A stretch of DNA of 64,000 nt from contig NIVC01002184.1 in NCBI GenBank assembly GCA_002269645.1, positions 1-64,000 of the forward strand. The letters are read 5' to 3'. Position numbers and translations under genes: made by a program. Shown in pieces: positions 62,301-64,000 of the stretch; the stretch's first letter is position 1, and every line of letters starts with the position of its first letter. The DNA comes from Macrostomum lignano. Its lineage: Eukaryota. The notes under the pieces are model-generated. The model ran no database searches and was not told where the DNA came from. It worked only from the letters and a program-made list of their open reading frames with translations.

Positions 62301-63280
62301 GGAGTGGGGTGAAACTGGATAGGGAGTGGGGTGAAACTGGATAGGGAGTGGGGTGAGACTGGATAGGGAGTGGGGTGAGACTGGATAGGGAGTGGGGTGA
62401 GACTGGATAGGGAGTGGGGTGAGACTGGATAGGGAGTGGGGTGAGACTGGATAGGGAGTGGGGTGAAACTGGATTGAGAGTGGGGTGAGACTGGATTGGG
62501 ATTGGAGTGACAATAGATAGGGACTGGGGTGAAACTGGATAGGGACTATAATGAGACACTGAATAGATAGAAGGGCGATGCTGAAGTCACGTGACCCTAA
62601 AAAGCACTCGTCGGGACCCACCCCGGCCCTCGCAGGTGAAGTGCCTCCGTGACGGCACCGACAAGGCGGCCCGCATAGTCGCCAGCTACGCCGCTCAGGG
62701 CCTCCAACCTCCCGCCGGGCTGCGGCGCGACTTTGAAGACCTGCTGAGCATCCTGGCCAGCCTGTACCCAGCCGGCGGGGACTGCGAGCTCACGCTGGAC
62801 TACTGGCTGGGCGGCGAGGCCGTGTCCAACGATCTGTTCAATCTCAGCAAATCTCGGCCTAGCAATCGGCAAGTTGCCTTGGCCAAATTCCTTCGCTTAG
62901 CCAGCGATGTTGTGCTGGCTCCGTCGCTGTACATTCCGTTCCTGCGCCTGCTGGCCAGGCTGTCCTGCGGCCGCACCCAGGCCAGAGCCTGCTACGCCAT
63001 GCTGCGCGCCGGTAGCTTCTCGCTGAGCCGGCAGGCCTCTGTACTGTCCTGGGATCATTTCTATTCCAGTTTGAGGATGTACCTGAAAACTCTGCAGCAG
63101 GAGCTGCCGGCCCAGTTTGGCGCAGTGTCGTCTGCCAACGCTGTGGTTTATCCGCACCTGTACCAGACTCCCCAGCTGCAGCTGCAGTACCAGAGACAGC
63201 AGCAGCAGCAGCAGTTGGCGATGGGCAGACGAACCGGTGGCGCGGGGATCTCGCCATTGGAGCTGGAGGGTCTTATGCAG
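59368..63280 (+). CDS. NUP205: Nuclear pore complex protein Nup205, exons 1-5 (continues past the window)
   Basis: Exons 59368-59502, 60102-60273, 60407-60869, 61348-61849 and 62636-63280, all in frame. Nup205 motifs LLKNP|PK, EEAIIVSDLFELNEMAAVELLL, LTRGLVAVLLY, FLWACQTPL, LRRDFEDLL, RQVALAKF, LSWDHF. Confidence 0.95.
59598..60076. repeat. 21-bp minisatellite, NUP205 intron 1
   Basis: Unit CTGTCAG(C/T)TCA(TTC/CTA)TGTCAGA. Confidence 0.95.
61850..62550. repeat. 22-bp minisatellite, NUP205 intron 4
   Basis: Unit GGGTGA(G/A)ACTGGAT(A/T)GGGAGTG. Confidence 0.95.
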
Positions 63281-63299
63281 GTGAGATATCACCTATGCA

Positions 63300-64000
63300 A
63301 GTATCAGTGACAGTATCATTGACAGTATCAGTGACAGAATCAGTGACAGGATCAGTGACAGGATCAGTGACAGTATCATTGACAGTATCAGTGACAGTAT
63401 CAGTCACATTATCAGTGACAGTGTCAGTGACAGTATCAGTGACGATATAATAGACAGTATCAGTGACAGTATCATTGACAGTGTCAGTGACAGTGTCAGT
63501 GACGATATAATAGACAGTATCAGTGACAGTATCATTGACAGTATCAATGACGGTATCATTCACAGTATCATTGACAGTATCATTGACAGTATCAGTGACA
63601 GTATCATTCACAGTATCATTGACAGTATCATTGACAGTATCAGTGACAGTATCATTCACAGTATCATTCACAGTATCATTGACAGTATCATTGACAGTAT
63701 CAGTGACAGTATCAGTAACAGTATCAGTGACAGTATCATTGACAGTATCATTGACAGTATCAGTGACAGTATCAGTAACAGTATCAGTGACAGTATCATT
63801 GACAGTATCATTGACAGTATCAGTGACAGTATCATTCACAGTATCATTGACAGTATCAGTGACAGTATCAGTGACAGTATCATTCACAGTATCATTGACA
63901 GTATCATTGACAGTATCAGTGACAGTATCATTCACAGTATCATTGACAGTATCATTGACAGTATCATTGACAGTATCATTGACAGTATCAGTGACAGTAT
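63300..64000. repeat. 12-bp minisatellite, NUP205 intron 5
   Basis: Unit GTATCA(GTG/TTG/TTC)ACA, running to the window end. Confidence 0.95.

Noticed and set aside
61825-63935. Minus-strand P/S-rich and (TDTV)n ORFs
   Set aside because: Antisense readings of NUP205 intronic minisatellites.

Overview
Eukaryotic, intron-rich genomic DNA with GC-rich exons and introns filled with minisatellites. The overall style suggests a flatworm such as Macrostomum, but this is inference and not confirmed. Genes reconstructed by hand from GT-AG boundaries: an ACSF3-like acyl-CoA synthetase pseudogene (-), a 7-exon zinc-finger + tyrosine-recombinase (YR) gene (-; about 549 aa once a LINE is removed; invisible in the ORF track), a 2-exon orphan rhodopsin-class GPCR (+), an ankyrin-repeat + STE11-like kinase (-), an intron-poor ABCA transporter with non-canonical NBDs (-), a GLUT8/Tret1-like sugar transporter (+; first exon not found) and the 5' part of NUP205 (+). 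Mobile DNA: three RNase-H-type non-LTR retrotransposon insertions with TSDs, a tRNA-derived SINE, two MITEs with 8-bp TSDs, and a head-to-tail array of satellite-carrying Helitron-like elements, one part bounded by two inverted Helitron 3' ends. The most interesting object is the spliced ZnF-YR gene at 8022-20180. All coordinates were read by eye; no alignments or database searches were run.
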